Source of the DNA: Bdellovibrionales bacterium
GTDB taxonomy: Bacteria > Bdellovibrionota > Bdellovibrionia > Bdellovibrionales > UBA1609
DNA: 64,000 nt
Reading direction: 5' to 3'
Assembly (NCBI GenBank): GCA_027317865.1
Contig: DAHVQG010000010.1
Coordinates: 32,001 to 96,000 of the forward strand
Positions within the stretch are counted from its first letter, which is position 1. Every line of letters begins with the position of its first letter. Below are positions 41,609 to 52,379 of the stretch, in pieces. The position numbers and the translations under genes are program-made. The notes beneath the pieces were generated by a model, which saw only the letters and a list, made by a program, of their open reading frames with translations, searched no databases and had not been told where the DNA came from.

Positions 41609-42325
41609 CTAAAATGGGAACTTAATCAACAAAATGGCATTGGCAACTTGAGCCGGCGGCGGGGCAAAAGGGCTTGCCTGTTGCACGGCTGCCAAACACG
41701 AATTGTCAAACATCGAATTGCCAGACGAAACATAAATCTGACTGCGTGTGACCGCGCCGCTTGAGTCAAGCGTCACGATGACCTGGGCCTTGAGATTTGA
41801 ACCGCTTAACCATTGAGGCAGAGACCAATTTTGGTGAATTTTTTTTTTGAGCGCCGAAAGGTATTGATTTACTTCGAGGCGAGCGAGTCCGTTAAAACTA
41901 TCCCCCGAAGAAATAATATTGCCTTTATATACCTGTTTTTTCGGCGGAACGGGTTTGGTTTTTCGGTCGGCAAGCTCTTTTTTCATCTTCTCGATGGCCT
42001 CCATGGCCTGAAGTTGGGCAAAGGCTTGTTGTTGCTGCGCTAAAAAATTCGGCTTTGGTTTTGTAGGTTTGTGCTGCGTCACCTTCACCGGCGGCGGCGG
42101 GGGCTTTACTTGCGGAATTGGTTTTGCGCGCTCAATTTTATCGGGGAGCGCGACCATGTCGACACGAATCGCTTCGGGAATAATAATTGTTTTACTTGGC
42201 ATGAGCCAGTGTTTTAAAAGTGTTCCCGAAATCAAAAAAAAGTGAAGGGCGATTGATAAAATTAAAAAAGTCCGGAATGCATCGTCTTCATTCTTATTAA
42301 AAGTCAGTATCGAGCGAGCCGTCAT
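41609..42325 (-). CDS. tolA: TolA/TonB-like energy transducer
   Basis: S..LH TM motif, Pro/Lys linker, C-terminal SSG..FD..ASPF domain. Confidence 0.82.
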   Translation of the reverse strand: MTARSILTFNKNEDDAFRTFLILSIALHFFLISGTLLKHWLMPSKTIIIPEAIRVDMVALPDKIERAKPIPQVKPPPPPVKVTQHKPTKPKPNFLAQQQQAFAQLQAMEAIEKMKKELADRKTKPVPPKKQVYKGNIISSGDSFNGLARLEVNQYLSALKKKIHQNWSLPQWLSGSNLKAQVIVTLDSSGAVTRSQIYVSSGNSMFDNSCLAAVQQASPFAPPPAQVANAILLIKFPF

Positions 42326-42741
42326 TTGACTTTTGGCAAGGTGACAAGGCTGATGTCAAAAATTCCGGCGCTACGCGCCTCAGCCAATACCGATGCGACC
42401 CAACCATACTCCGTTCGTTTATCGGCTTGAATGTAAAGTTGTTTATTTCGGCGTGTTTTAAAAATGGCCTTCAGTTTTTTGCTTAAGCCCGCAAGCTGCA
42501 GCGGGACACGATCGGCTGAAAGCTGGCCGTTTCGGTTAATAACAATGATGAACGGCTTATCGGTTGCGCGGATACCGCTGGGAGCTGTGCGCGGCAATTC
42601 AACTTGAAGTCCCTGTTGCATTAATGGCGTGGTAACCATAAAAATAATAAGTAAAACCAGCATCACATCCACAAGCGGCGTGATATTAATGTCACTCATG
42701 GCGCGCGGCTTTTTCGAATTCGAATTAGGGCCCATCGCCAT
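42322..42741 (-). CDS. tolR: TolR/ExbD
   Basis: INITPLVDVMLVLLIIFMV and ADK. Confidence 0.92.
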   Translation of the reverse strand: MAMGPNSNSKKPRAMSDINITPLVDVMLVLLIIFMVTTPLMQQGLQVELPRTAPSGIRATDKPFIIVINRNGQLSADRVPLQLAGLSKKLKAIFKTRRNKQLYIQADKRTEYGWVASVLAEARSAGIFDISLVTLPKVK

Positions 42742-42745
42742 TGCC

Positions 42746-43470
42746 CTACTCCTTAAAAAAGTTTCGTTTCGCGATATTTAAAAAATCAGATGAAAAGCTA
42801 TTAAGCTCGACTTCTTCGTGTTGTACGATTGTCATAAAATGGTTAAACGCAATGGTTGCTGGTATCGCGACCACAAGGCCAATGGCCGTCGTAATGAGCG
42901 CCTCAGAAACTCCTGGGGCGACTATGGCAAGACTTGCCATGTTCGTTGCGCCGATACGGTGAAACGCTTCCATAATTCCCCAAACCGTTCCAAAAAGTCC
43001 AATGAACGGGCCGGTACTCCCGCATGTGGCTAAGAAATTAAGTCGCGAAGTTAATCGGGCTGATTCGAGATCACTCGCTTTGCGAAGAGAACGTTCTAAA
43101 TTATCAAGTCCTGAAAGCGCGGGGACGCGGGTCTTGTCGCCCTTGGCAAGGCCGGACTCCGCCATTTTTCGAAGCTCCATATACCCTGAGCGAAAAATAC
43201 GGGCGATACTGCTGTCCGGATGTTTTTCGGATTTCGTAAAAATATCGTCGAGCGAAGATGAAGACCAAAACATATCTAAAAAAGGTTTATTTGAGGCACG
43301 AAGCAAGTCTATTTGCGTTTTTTTGTGAAAATAATGGCCCAACAGACCGCCGACATCCCAATCAAAATCAAAATAACAAGTTTAACGGTAAAACTTGCGT
43401 CGAGTATCGCTGTGAGAGCATTAAATTGAATTCCAGATGTAATTGCGTGTGAAGCCGCCGCGTGTGTCAT
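42746..43470 (-). CDS. tolQ: TolQ/ExbB proton channel, split by a -1 frameshift at the A7 run 43318-43324
   Basis: N-terminal frame 43470-43309 carries TM1 (VKLVILILIGMSAVCWAIIF). The remainder (PFIGLFGTVWGIM, APGVSEAL) is in the -1 frame. Confidence 0.88.
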
Positions 43471-43530
43471 TCCCATAATTCAGAAAAGGGTAGCATAAGC
43501 TCAGAATTTGGCAACTTTCGGGACGTCTGG

Positions 43531-44820
43531 CTACTTGTGCGGGTAAGAGTGCCAGTCACCAGCTGTGATCAGTCGCGCCCCTTTCTGAAACGTCAGATAA
43601 GACCAAGCCCATTCAAGCATTACCATGACGCGATTTCGAAAGCCGATGAGGTAATAAACATGAACCGTGAGCCATGTTAGCCACGCTAAAAACCCGTTGA
43701 ATTGCAATGGCCCGGCTTGAACAACGGCGCAGCGGCGGCCAATTGTGGCCATTTGTCCTTTACTCGAATATTCAAAGCGCTTAGTTTTTAGACCAGCTAT
43801 CTGCAACAAAATATTTTTTGCCGCATGCCGGCCTTCTTGTATGGCTACGGGCGCAAGTCCCGGCAAAGCAGTATGTGGGGCTATTTCAAAATGCGCTTGA
43901 TCACCAATGACAAAAACGCATGGGTGCTCAGGTAGAGACAGGTCGGGGTTTACAATGACTCGGCCGCTTGAGTCCATATTAACGTTCAACATACGATTGA
44001 GGCTTGAGGGTTGGACCCCAGCAGCCCAAATCGTTGTACGGGTCGCAATGAATTCATCGCCCAGAAAGACACCCAAGGGGGTAATATTAGTGACACGCGA
44101 TTGCGTGCGCACCTCAACGCCGAGCTTTGCCAGACTACTTGCGGCGTGCGTTGAAATTCGGGATGAGAACGAAGGTAATATCCGCTCGCCCGCTTCAACG
44201 AGTATTACGCGACTTTGGTTGGGGTGAACGTTGCGAAAATCGCGCTCGAGGGTATAGCGCGCAATTTCACCGATTGCGCCCGCGAGCTCCACCCCGGTTG
44301 GTCCGCCGCCGACGATTACAAAAGTCAACAGGTCGGTTCTGGCCTGCGCGTCCGTTTCTTTTTCAGCTCTCTCGTAAGCGAGCAATATTCGGCGGCGAAT
44401 TTCGGTTGCTTGTTCAAGAGTTTTAAGGCCGGGAGACAGGTCTTCCCATTCGGGATGTCCAAAATAGCTGTGCTTGGCTCCGCAAGCGAGAATCAGATAA
44501 TCGTATGAAATTTCGCCAGCGGCAATTTTTAACCGATTTGCAGATAAATCAACATTGGTTACGTTGTCTAAGCGAACACGAATATTTTTTACGTCTGTAA
44601 AAATTCCGCGAATTGGTGTCGCAATTTCGGCCGGAGACAGCGCTGCTGTTGCGACCTGATAGAGAAGTGGTTGAAACAAATGGTAGTTGCGGCGGTCGAT
44701 TAATGTCACTTCAATATTCGGTTTGTTCGCAAGCTCTTTAGCCGCGTTGAGTCCGCCGAAACCTCCGCCGACAATTGCGACGTGTTTGGTTTGCGACGAA
44801 TTGGGCTTAGTGTTTGACAC
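43531..44820 (-). CDS. ndh: Type II NADH dehydrogenase
   Basis: GGGFGG, FQPLLYQVAT, GGGPTGVELAG and WAAGV. Confidence 0.93.
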   Translation of the reverse strand: MSNTKPNSSQTKHVAIVGGGFGGLNAAKELANKPNIEVTLIDRRNYHLFQPLLYQVATAALSPAEIATPIRGIFTDVKNIRVRLDNVTNVDLSANRLKIAAGEISYDYLILACGAKHSYFGHPEWEDLSPGLKTLEQATEIRRRILLAYERAEKETDAQARTDLLTFVIVGGGPTGVELAGAIGEIARYTLERDFRNVHPNQSRVILVEAGERILPSFSSRISTHAASSLAKLGVEVRTQSRVTNITPLGVFLGDEFIATRTTIWAAGVQPSSLNRMLNVNMDSSGRVIVNPDLSLPEHPCVFVIGDQAHFEIAPHTALPGLAPVAIQEGRHAAKNILLQIAGLKTKRFEYSSKGQMATIGRRCAVVQAGPLQFNGFLAWLTWLTVHVYYLIGFRNRVMVMLEWAWSYLTFQKGARLITAGDWHSYPHK

Positions 44821-44950
44821 GCGAATGCTCAGTTAAAAAAGTCGAGTAAATCATGACGTCGACCTCCTGAAAATCAAAGCTCAAAGTCAGCATTGCCAGA
44901 TGCGCTGTTTGATCGCAATTAAAATAGTTTCCGGTAAAAAAAGCAAAACG

Positions 44951-45802
44951 TTAGGGGAGCGCGTTTGACGGGAATATTGCTCCTGTAGCCAAATGGTCTT
45001 CGACCAATTGTTCGGCAAGCTTCGGGTCGTTCGATCTCACAAGAACGAGGATCTTTCTTTTTTTAAGTTCTTTAAGGAGTCGAGTCTGTGTTTGTCGGGT
45101 CATTTCGACAGCGAGAGAATCAAAAAGCGATTTTGTGTGCGACGGAAGCGGCGATACAGGTAAAGTAAATTCATCACAATTGAGAGACATGATGGGCTCG
45201 AGATACATTGAGGACATTAACCACGCTTTAGCAATATCGGCCGTATAGGCGCCGACGAGCCAGTTTGGATTGGCATTTCGAATCATATGAACGGTGTCTT
45301 CAAAAGGCGAAGTCAAAACAAAATGGTCGGCAAGATGCGCGCGCTCAATGTCGTTAAAAAATGACTTCAGAAGCGGCGTTGCCGGATCCTCGATTTGTAC
45401 GTAGTAATTGGCTTTGGGCAAAGCTTTAATGAGAGTCGAAAAGCGTAAAATTCCTTTGAGCTGCTTTGAGGTCGCATGACTGATCCAGCCGGTTCCTTTG
45501 TGTAGCTGTGCCAGTTTGTCCGTCGAAGCGACAAACCAAACACCGTCTTTTGCCGCGTGTACAAGTGCGCCAAGTACAAAATGTTCTTTAGCCGCGCGCT
45601 GATATGCTTTAAGCGAAAATGCGGGCGCGCGTGTCGAATCACCGCCCCAGGCCACGTCAAACGGTTTAATCTTGAGGAGCCGATGTGGCGGGACAGTGTA
45701 AACCTGCTTTTCGCCGACCATTCTTAAGCTTATAACGATAATAAATATCGTAAGAACCGAGGCAATCGCGATCACAAAGAGCCGGAAGAATGCAAAAACC
45801 AT
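44951..45802 (-). CDS. Membrane-anchored GDPD-like protein, degenerate
   Basis: N-terminal TM; VAWGG, FSLKAY..A and VHAAKDG resemble GDPD IAHRG/ENT/DV..TKDG. Confidence 0.5.
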   Translation of the reverse strand: MVFAFFRLFVIAIASVLTIFIIVISLRMVGEKQVYTVPPHRLLKIKPFDVAWGGDSTRAPAFSLKAYQRAAKEHFVLGALVHAAKDGVWFVASTDKLAQLHKGTGWISHATSKQLKGILRFSTLIKALPKANYYVQIEDPATPLLKSFFNDIERAHLADHFVLTSPFEDTVHMIRNANPNWLVGAYTADIAKAWLMSSMYLEPIMSLNCDEFTLPVSPLPSHTKSLFDSLAVEMTRQTQTRLLKELKKRKILVLVRSNDPKLAEQLVEDHLATGAIFPSNALP

Positions 45803-45906
45803 ATACGCCTTTTTTTACCTTATTTTAATTGCCATCGCTTAGTTCGGCGCATAGGATAGGCCGGCTTGTATGGAATTTTTTAATAGCTTTCGATTGGTTA
45901 GATATT

Positions 45907-46323
45907 GTGACTCGACTCAACCGTAATGTTGAATACGCATTTATTGCCCTTAAATACATGAGCGGTAAGTACGCTGGGCAACTGACGACGGTCAAGGAGA
46001 TTTGTGACCATATCGGAATTCCGTTTGATGCGACTTCGCGGGTCATGCAACAGTTGGCTCAAGCGCGAATTTTACAGTCTGAGCAGGGCGCCCACGGCGG
46101 CTATATGCTGGCGCGAGATTTATCAAAAGTATCACTGCTTGACGTCCTTGAAATCACCTCCGGTGCCGTTGAGGCTGTCCGCTGTGTAACGGATAAAAAG
46201 GATTGTGAATTTTTTGGCGGCTGTAATGTTACGGCGCCGCTCAAAAATCTCAACGGGCGGCTAAATGAATTTTATCAAACATTGTCGGTTGCCGAAATTC
46301 TTGAAGGTCGAGGTCCGTCATGA
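45907..46323 (+). CDS. Rrf2-family Fe-S transcription regulator (IscR-like)
   Basis: EYAFIAL and S.QGAHGGY.LAR motifs, three C-terminal Cys; heads the suf operon. Confidence 0.9.
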   Translation: MTRLNRNVEYAFIALKYMSGKYAGQLTTVKEICDHIGIPFDATSRVMQQLAQARILQSEQGAHGGYMLARDLSKVSLLDVLEITSGAVEAVRCVTDKKDCEFFGGCNVTAPLKNLNGRLNEFYQTLSVAEILEGRGPS

Positions 46324-47798
46324 GCGAGCAGGCAGCCGGCAAAAAAGAAAAAAATGCGAATTCGTCAACCGAAAAGATTTTAGCCGATTCGGGCGAATAT
46401 AAATATGGTTTTGTCACTGAAATTGATACTGAATCCGTGCCGGCTGGTTTGAATGAAGAGATCATTCGTTTTATTTCGGCAAAAAAAAATGAACCCGAGT
46501 GGATGCTGGAATATCGGCTCAAAGCCTACCGGCATTGGTTGAAACTAAAAGAACCGGCGTGGGCGAATGTTCATTATGCGCCAATTGATTACCAAAAAAT
46601 TCGTTACTATTCGGCGCCCAAAAAAGCGGCGGAGAAAAAGAAATTTGAAGACCTTGACCCAGAACTTATTCGAACGTTTGAGCGCTTGGGCATTCCGCTT
46701 CTTGAGCAAAAGCGAATTTCGGGTGTGGCGATTGACGCCGTGTTTGATAGCGTCTCAATTGGCACTACACAGCGAGAAGCCTTGGCAAAGCATGGCGTGA
46801 TTTTTTGCTCAATCTCAGAGGCGATTCAGGAGCATCCCGAGCTTGTAAGAAAATATTTTGGATCGGTTGTGCCGTATGCCGACAATTTTTTTGCCGCATT
46901 AAACGCCGCTGTTTTTACCGACGGCTCCTTTTGTTACATTCCAAAAGGGGTGCGCTGTCCGCTGGATCTTTCAACTTATTTTCGCATCAACGCTAAAGAA
47001 ACGGGACAATTTGAGCGCACGCTGCTCATTGCCGATTCGGGGAGTTTCGTTAATTACCTCGAAGGTTGTACGGCGCCGATGCGCGACGAAAATCAACTTC
47101 ATGCGGCGGTTGTGGAACTCGTGGCGCTTGAAAGTGCTGAGATTAACTATTCGACCGTGCAAAACTGGTATACCGGCGATCAAAACGGCGTAGGCGGTGT
47201 TTATAATTTTGTGACCAAACGGGGCAAATGCGTCGGTAAAAAATCTAAAATTTCGTGGACACAGGTGGAGTCCGGTTCGGCCATTACATGGAAGTATCCA
47301 AGCGTGATTTTACAAGGTGATGAGTCGGTGGGGGAATTTTATTCCGTCGCGCTCACGCACGATTACATGCAGGCCGACACCGGAACCAAGATGATTCACA
47401 TCGGCAAAAATACAAAAAGTACAATTTTATCCAAGGGCATTTCAACGGGGCATTCGGTGAATAGCTACCGCGGCCTTGTTAAATTTTTGCCGTCTTCAGA
47501 TGGCGCGCGTAACTACTCACAATGCGATTCTATGCTCGTGGGCAGCGATTCGCGTGCCTGCACGTTCCCGACGATTGAAAGTAAGAATCCGGCGGCTGTC
47601 GTTGAGCACGAGGCTTCAACATCAAGAATCAGCGAAGAACAATTGTTTTTTCTGGAGTCGCGCGGAATAGACAAAGAAAATGCGGTTTCACTTCTTGTGA
47701 ATGGATTTTGTAAGGATGTATTTAACCATTTGCCCCTTGAGTTTTCGGTTGAGGCGGTAAAGCTCATCGAATTGAAACTTGAAAATAGCATTGGGTAA
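46320..47798 (+). CDS. sufB: Fe-S cluster assembly protein SufB
   Basis: [28 protein letters not shown] and HEAS. Confidence 0.97.
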   Translation: MSEQAAGKKEKNANSSTEKILADSGEYKYGFVTEIDTESVPAGLNEEIIRFISAKKNEPEWMLEYRLKAYRHWLKLKEPAWANVHYAPIDYQKIRYYSAPKKAAEKKKFEDLDPELIRTFERLGIPLLEQKRISGVAIDAVFDSVSIGTTQREALAKHGVIFCSISEAIQEHPELVRKYFGSVVPYADNFFAALNAAVFTDGSFCYIPKGVRCPLDLSTYFRINAKETGQFERTLLIADSGSFVNYLEGCTAPMRDENQLHAAVVELVALESAEINYSTVQNWYTGDQNGVGGVYNFVTKRGKCVGKKSKISWTQVESGSAITWKYPSVILQGDESVGEFYSVALTHDYMQADTGTKMIHIGKNTKSTILSKGISTGHSVNSYRGLVKFLPSSDGARNYSQCDSMLVGSDSRACTFPTIESKNPAAVVEHEASTSRISEEQLFFLESRGIDKENAVSLLVNGFCKDVFNHLPLEFSVEAVKLIELKLENSIG

Positions 47799-47830
47799 GT
47801 CGCATGAGAAACCGCTAGAGGAGAGGCTGC

Positions 47831-48580
47831 ATGCTTAAAATTTCAAATCTCAGTGTTCGGGTTGATGGCAAAGAGGTTTTACGGGATCTCTCATTTGAAG
47901 TGAACGCTGGCGAAGTGCATGCCATAATGGGGCCAAACGGGTCGGGCAAAAGCACATTGAGTAAAATCATTGCCGGTCATCCAGGTTATAATGTCACTTC
48001 AGGCAAAATTGAGTACGAAATTAACGGTCAATACCGTTCACTTTTGGACATGGACCCTGATCTTCGCGCAAGAGAAGGTGTGTTTTTGGCGTTTCAATAT
48101 CCGGTTGAAATTCCAGGCGTGTCAAACTTATCGTTTTTAAGGATGGCGTTTAATTCCATCTGCCGACACCAGGGCGCGCCTGAAATGAGCGAAGAAAAAT
48201 TTCGTAAATTTGCGCTGGAGAAGTCGAAGATTGTCGAAATGGATCCTGAGTTTCTTGATCGCGGTGTGAATGCTGGATTTTCGGGTGGTGAAAAAAAGCG
48301 CAACGAAATTTTGCAAATGGCGGTTTTATCGCCGCGCCTTGCGATTCTTGACGAGACCGATTCGGGGCTTGATATCGACGCGCTTCGCATTGTTGCGAAC
48401 GGAGTAAATCAATTGCGCTCCCCGGAGCGCGCGATCGTGCTCATTACGCACTACCAGCGGTTGCTCAATTTCATTGTACCTGATTTCGTACACGTTTTGG
48501 CAAATGGTCGAATTGTACGATCGGGCGGCCGCGAACTTGCATTGGAGCTTGAAAAGAATGGATACAATGCTTACCTCTAA
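47831..48580 (+). CDS. sufC: Fe-S assembly ATPase SufC
   Basis: GPNGSGKS, FSGGEKKR and DETDSGLD. Confidence 0.97.
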   Translation: MLKISNLSVRVDGKEVLRDLSFEVNAGEVHAIMGPNGSGKSTLSKIIAGHPGYNVTSGKIEYEINGQYRSLLDMDPDLRAREGVFLAFQYPVEIPGVSNLSFLRMAFNSICRHQGAPEMSEEKFRKFALEKSKIVEMDPEFLDRGVNAGFSGGEKKRNEILQMAVLSPRLAILDETDSGLDIDALRIVANGVNQLRSPERAIVLITHYQRLLNFIVPDFVHVLANGRIVRSGGRELALELEKNGYNAYL

Positions 48581-49583
48581 ATTCAGCTTACCGGCCGAGC
48601 TGGATAGTTTCATAAGCACCGATCAGTGTGGGGCCGACGCCGTGATGTGTTTTTATAACGGCGAACTCGTGCCGCAAAACTCACATTTTGACGAGCGCGT
48701 TCAGTTGCAAACAAATACACTGTTTGCACAACTCGACGTGCGGGCGGGGGGCGAGAAGCCTTTTCGCGTCTCAGTGGTTGAACTTTACGGGAACCAGCTT
48801 GGCGCGCAACGGCAAGAACCTTTTGCGGTCTCTTGCCGGCATCATTACCATATTCAGAATAAAGCCGAAATTATCGAAACGCACATCGCACTTAACGAAA
48901 TCGCCTTTACAATTAATAATGCTTCGAGTTTTGAACTTGATGAGGGCGCCACAGCCGACTACGCGCAAACATATTGGGTCGGGGATGTGGCGACCGTAAA
49001 CAACAAAGTGCAGTCGCGGCTTCGGGCCAACTCCCAAATGAACGGGTTGATGTTAAACGTAGGCAGCGAGCAAATCCGTAACAATTTGAATGTCGACCTT
49101 GCCGCGCAAGGCGCAAAAGCGAGACTGCAAGCGCTCGTGCTGGCAACTAATGAACATCAAATCGAGACGGTTTCTCATATTCGGCACCTCGCTCCCGAAA
49201 CGAAAAGCGAACAACTGGTGAAATCAGTGATAAACAAAAGCGCGCGATTTTCATTTACAGGGCATATTGAAATTGCAAAAAAAGCGCAAAAATCGGATGC
49301 GAGTCAGTTAAGCCAAAATTTACTTCTCAGCCGTGAGGGGACAGTCAAAACAGAACCCCAGCTTGACGTCGGTGCAGACGACGTCAAAGCCACTCATGGC
49401 GCGACAGTCGGGCAACTTGATGAGAGCCAGCTATTTTACTTAACAAGCCGGGGGGTGCCGCGAGCTGACGCGCGAAATATTCTGGCGCTTGCCTATCAGC
49501 GCGATGTTTTGGAGCGCCTCAATCGCGGCTTTGTTCGTAACCATATTGAGAAGATTCACGCACGATTTGCAGGGGGCGGATAA
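48558..49583 (+). CDS. sufD: SufD
   Basis: PQLDVGADDVKATHGATVG and FYLTSRG. Confidence 0.88.
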   Translation: MDTMLTSKFSLPAELDSFISTDQCGADAVMCFYNGELVPQNSHFDERVQLQTNTLFAQLDVRAGGEKPFRVSVVELYGNQLGAQRQEPFAVSCRHHYHIQNKAEIIETHIALNEIAFTINNASSFELDEGATADYAQTYWVGDVATVNNKVQSRLRANSQMNGLMLNVGSEQIRNNLNVDLAAQGAKARLQALVLATNEHQIETVSHIRHLAPETKSEQLVKSVINKSARFSFTGHIEIAKKAQKSDASQLSQNLLLSREGTVKTEPQLDVGADDVKATHGATVGQLDESQLFYLTSRGVPRADARNILALAYQRDVLERLNRGFVRNHIEKIHARFAGGG

Positions 49584-49586
49584 AAT

Positions 49587-50819
49587 ATGTTGAACCCACG
49601 CTCCGCAAGAAACGAGTTTTTGGCGCTTGTGAATAATAAAACAACAATTGATTCGCAAAAACCGCCACTTGTTTATTTAGACAGTGCCGCAACGACTTTA
49701 AAGCCGCGAACAGTAGTCGACGCCGTGTCGCATTTTTACTCTTATGAAGCCGCCAACATTCATCGGGGGGCGCATACCCTGGGTGACGAGGCGACTCAAA
49801 AATTTGAGACGACACGCAGCCAAGTTGCGCGTTTTATAAACGCAAAATCGGCGGATGAAATTGTTTTTACTAAGGGCACGACCGAGTCTATTAATCTTGT
49901 TGTGCAGTCGTGGGGGCGAAGATTTTTGCGCGCTGGGGACGCCATAATTTTAAGCGAGATGGAGCATCACGCGAATATTGTCCCGTGGCAGATGTTAAAA
50001 GATGAGCTGGGTTTTGAAATTCGCTACATACCAGTTACCGAAGCGGGAGAGCTTGACTTTACTGAATACGAAAAATTGCTTGATGAAAAAGTCAAAATTG
50101 TAAGCGTCGTGTTCGCTTCAAACAGTCTTGGAACAATAAATGACATTAGAAAAATAATTGCCAGGGCGAAGTCGGCCGGCGCGATGACTCTCGTTGATGC
50201 CGCACAGGCGATGACCGTCGAAGAAATTGATGTCCAAAAGCTTTCTTGCGATTTTCTGGTTTTTTCAGCTCATAAATTATACGGCCCGTTTGGCGTCGGC
50301 GTATTATATGGACGAAGTGAAGTGCTTTCGCAAATGCCGCCGTATCAAGGCGGGGGCGCAATGATTTCAAGAGTGACAAAAGAAAAGACCACTTTTTTGC
50401 CGCCGCCACAGCGCTTTGAAGCGGGAACGCCGAACATTTCTGGCGTAATCGGTTTTCATTCGGCGCTTGAGTTTGTTCGCGAGATTTCTATAAACGCGCT
50501 TCGCGAGCACGAGCAAACGTTGACGAAGCGGCTTCTTGAAAAGTTGTCCGATCTTTCTTTTGTACGCGTCGTGGGCGAATCGCCTTCACGAATAAATATT
50601 GTAAGTTTAATTGTTAAAGGGGCGCACCCATCGGATATTGGGCAGCTTCTTAACCAACAAGGGGTGGCTGTTCGAACCGGGCATCACTGTAATCAGCCCC
50701 TTATGGACAGGTTTGGAATTCCAGGCACCATCCGTGTTTCGTTTGGCGTGTATAACACCGAAGACGATGTGGATATTTTTATCGATGCGCTTAAAAAAGC
50801 GCGGGAGTTACTTTCATGA
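49587..50819 (+). CDS. sufS: Cysteine desulfurase SufS
   Basis: YLDSAAT, EHHAN, SAHK and RTGHHC. Confidence 0.95.
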   Translation: MLNPRSARNEFLALVNNKTTIDSQKPPLVYLDSAATTLKPRTVVDAVSHFYSYEAANIHRGAHTLGDEATQKFETTRSQVARFINAKSADEIVFTKGTTESINLVVQSWGRRFLRAGDAIILSEMEHHANIVPWQMLKDELGFEIRYIPVTEAGELDFTEYEKLLDEKVKIVSVVFASNSLGTINDIRKIIARAKSAGAMTLVDAAQAMTVEEIDVQKLSCDFLVFSAHKLYGPFGVGVLYGRSEVLSQMPPYQGGGAMISRVTKEKTTFLPPPQRFEAGTPNISGVIGFHSALEFVREISINALREHEQTLTKRLLEKLSDLSFVRVVGESPSRINIVSLIVKGAHPSDIGQLLNQQGVAVRTGHHCNQPLMDRFGIPGTIRVSFGVYNTEDDVDIFIDALKKARELLS

Positions 50820-51409
50820 CCCAACTCATTCCAATCGCATCTGACGACATTATGATTCGCATACAAGACACGCCTAATCCTCTAGCGATTAAATTCATTG
50901 TTAATTTTGCGCTTAAAAACGTAGGTAATGCCACTTTTACCGCTAAAGAACAGTGCGCGCATTTGCCGTTAGCGTCTGCAATGTTTGAAATTCCCGGAGT
51001 CGTTCAAGTTTACTTTTTTCAGAACACGCTTACAGTGACCCACACGGATGAGCTGCCGGTGAGTATCGTAAAGAATAGTGTTATGTCGATAATAAAAACG
51101 CGCCTTACGGTGCACGATCCGGATTTTACTATAAACGATGAGACTCCTGACCGGCCCAAAGTAGATCGATCTGGACTTTCGCCCGAAATCAGGCAAATCG
51201 AAGAAATTCTCGACCGAACAATTCGCCCGGGGCTGCAATCCGACGGTGGAGATCTCCAAATTGTTGAATTTAAAGATAATCGTCTTAAGATTTTCTACCA
51301 AGGAGCATGCGGGGGCTGCCCGAGTGCAATGATGGGAACCCTCGATGCCATTCAGGGCATTTTGCGAAATGAACTTAAAAATGACGAAATCACGGTTGAG
51401 CCGGTTTAA
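50816..51409 (+). CDS. NfuA/NifU-like Fe-S carrier
   Basis: TPNP Nfu-N domain, IRPGLQSDGGD and GACGGC. Confidence 0.9.
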   Translation: MTQLIPIASDDIMIRIQDTPNPLAIKFIVNFALKNVGNATFTAKEQCAHLPLASAMFEIPGVVQVYFFQNTLTVTHTDELPVSIVKNSVMSIIKTRLTVHDPDFTINDETPDRPKVDRSGLSPEIRQIEEILDRTIRPGLQSDGGDLQIVEFKDNRLKIFYQGACGGCPSAMMGTLDAIQGILRNELKNDEITVEPV

Positions 51410-51434
51410 CCCTTAAATTCAACGAATTTGATTC

Positions 51435-51701
51435 ATGAGAGGCACGATGCAAAAAGGGTTTAACTCCGACATTCTGTACAAGGGAGCAACTTATCACGTG
51501 CAAACAGAAGATTGGGGTGTCGATAATCCCTTTTTTGTCAGCCAAGTTTTCTTTCGAGGCGCGGTGCTGCGAACGATAAAAATTCCCTATACAAAAGTTT
51601 TACCGCGCGGAACGCAATCTGACGTAAAATCCATTTGCGTGGCGCTTGAAACGCAACATCAATCGATTCTGGACCTGCTGATTGCGGGTGAACTGCTTTA
51701 A
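51435..51701 (+). CDS. Small hypothetical protein upstream of ftsE
   Basis: 88-aa ORF (GFNSDI..YHVQTED) closely spaced within the operon. Confidence 0.7.
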   Translation: MRGTMQKGFNSDILYKGATYHVQTEDWGVDNPFFVSQVFFRGAVLRTIKIPYTKVLPRGTQSDVKSICVALETQHQSILDLLIAGELL

Positions 51702-51710
51702 TATAAATGA

Positions 51711-52379
51711 ATGATCGAATTTGCTCATGCGTACAAGGTTTACCCGGGTACAAGCGCGCCCATTCACGCGTTAAAAGATGTCAATTTAAGAATTGAAAAA
51801 GGGGAGTTTGTTTATCTAACGGGCCCGAGCGGTGCCGGCAAGACGACTCTTTTTCGGCTGCTCTCGGCATACGACCGAGCGACTTCAGGCAATGTACGCG
51901 TCTCCGGTTATGAGCTTTCAAAAATCACCAAACGAGAGGTTCAGCTTTTTCGCCGGCATCTCGGCGTAGTTTATCAAGATTTTCGCCTTCTTAAGCGCCG
52001 AACGGTTTATGAAAACGTATCACTGCCGCTTGAAATTCGCAGTGAACGGCAACGCTACATCAAAGAACGCACTGAAGAAGTGCTCGACCAAGTTGATTTA
52101 TTACATAAGAAAAGTGAGTTCCCAAGCCAGTTGTCGGGCGGCGAACAACAACGGGTCGCCATTGCCCGCGCGCTCATTCATCACCCGGATGTTTTATTGG
52201 CGGACGAGCCGACGGGGAATTTGGACCCCGAGCTTAGCCGCGAAATAATCGCAATATTTGAAAAAATCAATGCCCAGGGGACAACCGTTTTTGTTGCGAC
52301 TCATGATTTTGAATTAATTAAAAATCGTGCGCGCCGAACGGTTGAAATTCAAAACGGCGTCATCGTGAGGAGCGAATGA
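51711..52379 (+). CDS. ftsE: Cell division ATP-binding protein FtsE
   Basis: GPSGAGKT, VYQDFRLL and LSGGEQQR. Confidence 0.93.
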   Translation: MIEFAHAYKVYPGTSAPIHALKDVNLRIEKGEFVYLTGPSGAGKTTLFRLLSAYDRATSGNVRVSGYELSKITKREVQLFRRHLGVVYQDFRLLKRRTVYENVSLPLEIRSERQRYIKERTEEVLDQVDLLHKKSEFPSQLSGGEQQRVAIARALIHHPDVLLADEPTGNLDPELSREIIAIFEKINAQGTTVFVATHDFELIKNRARRTVEIQNGVIVRSE

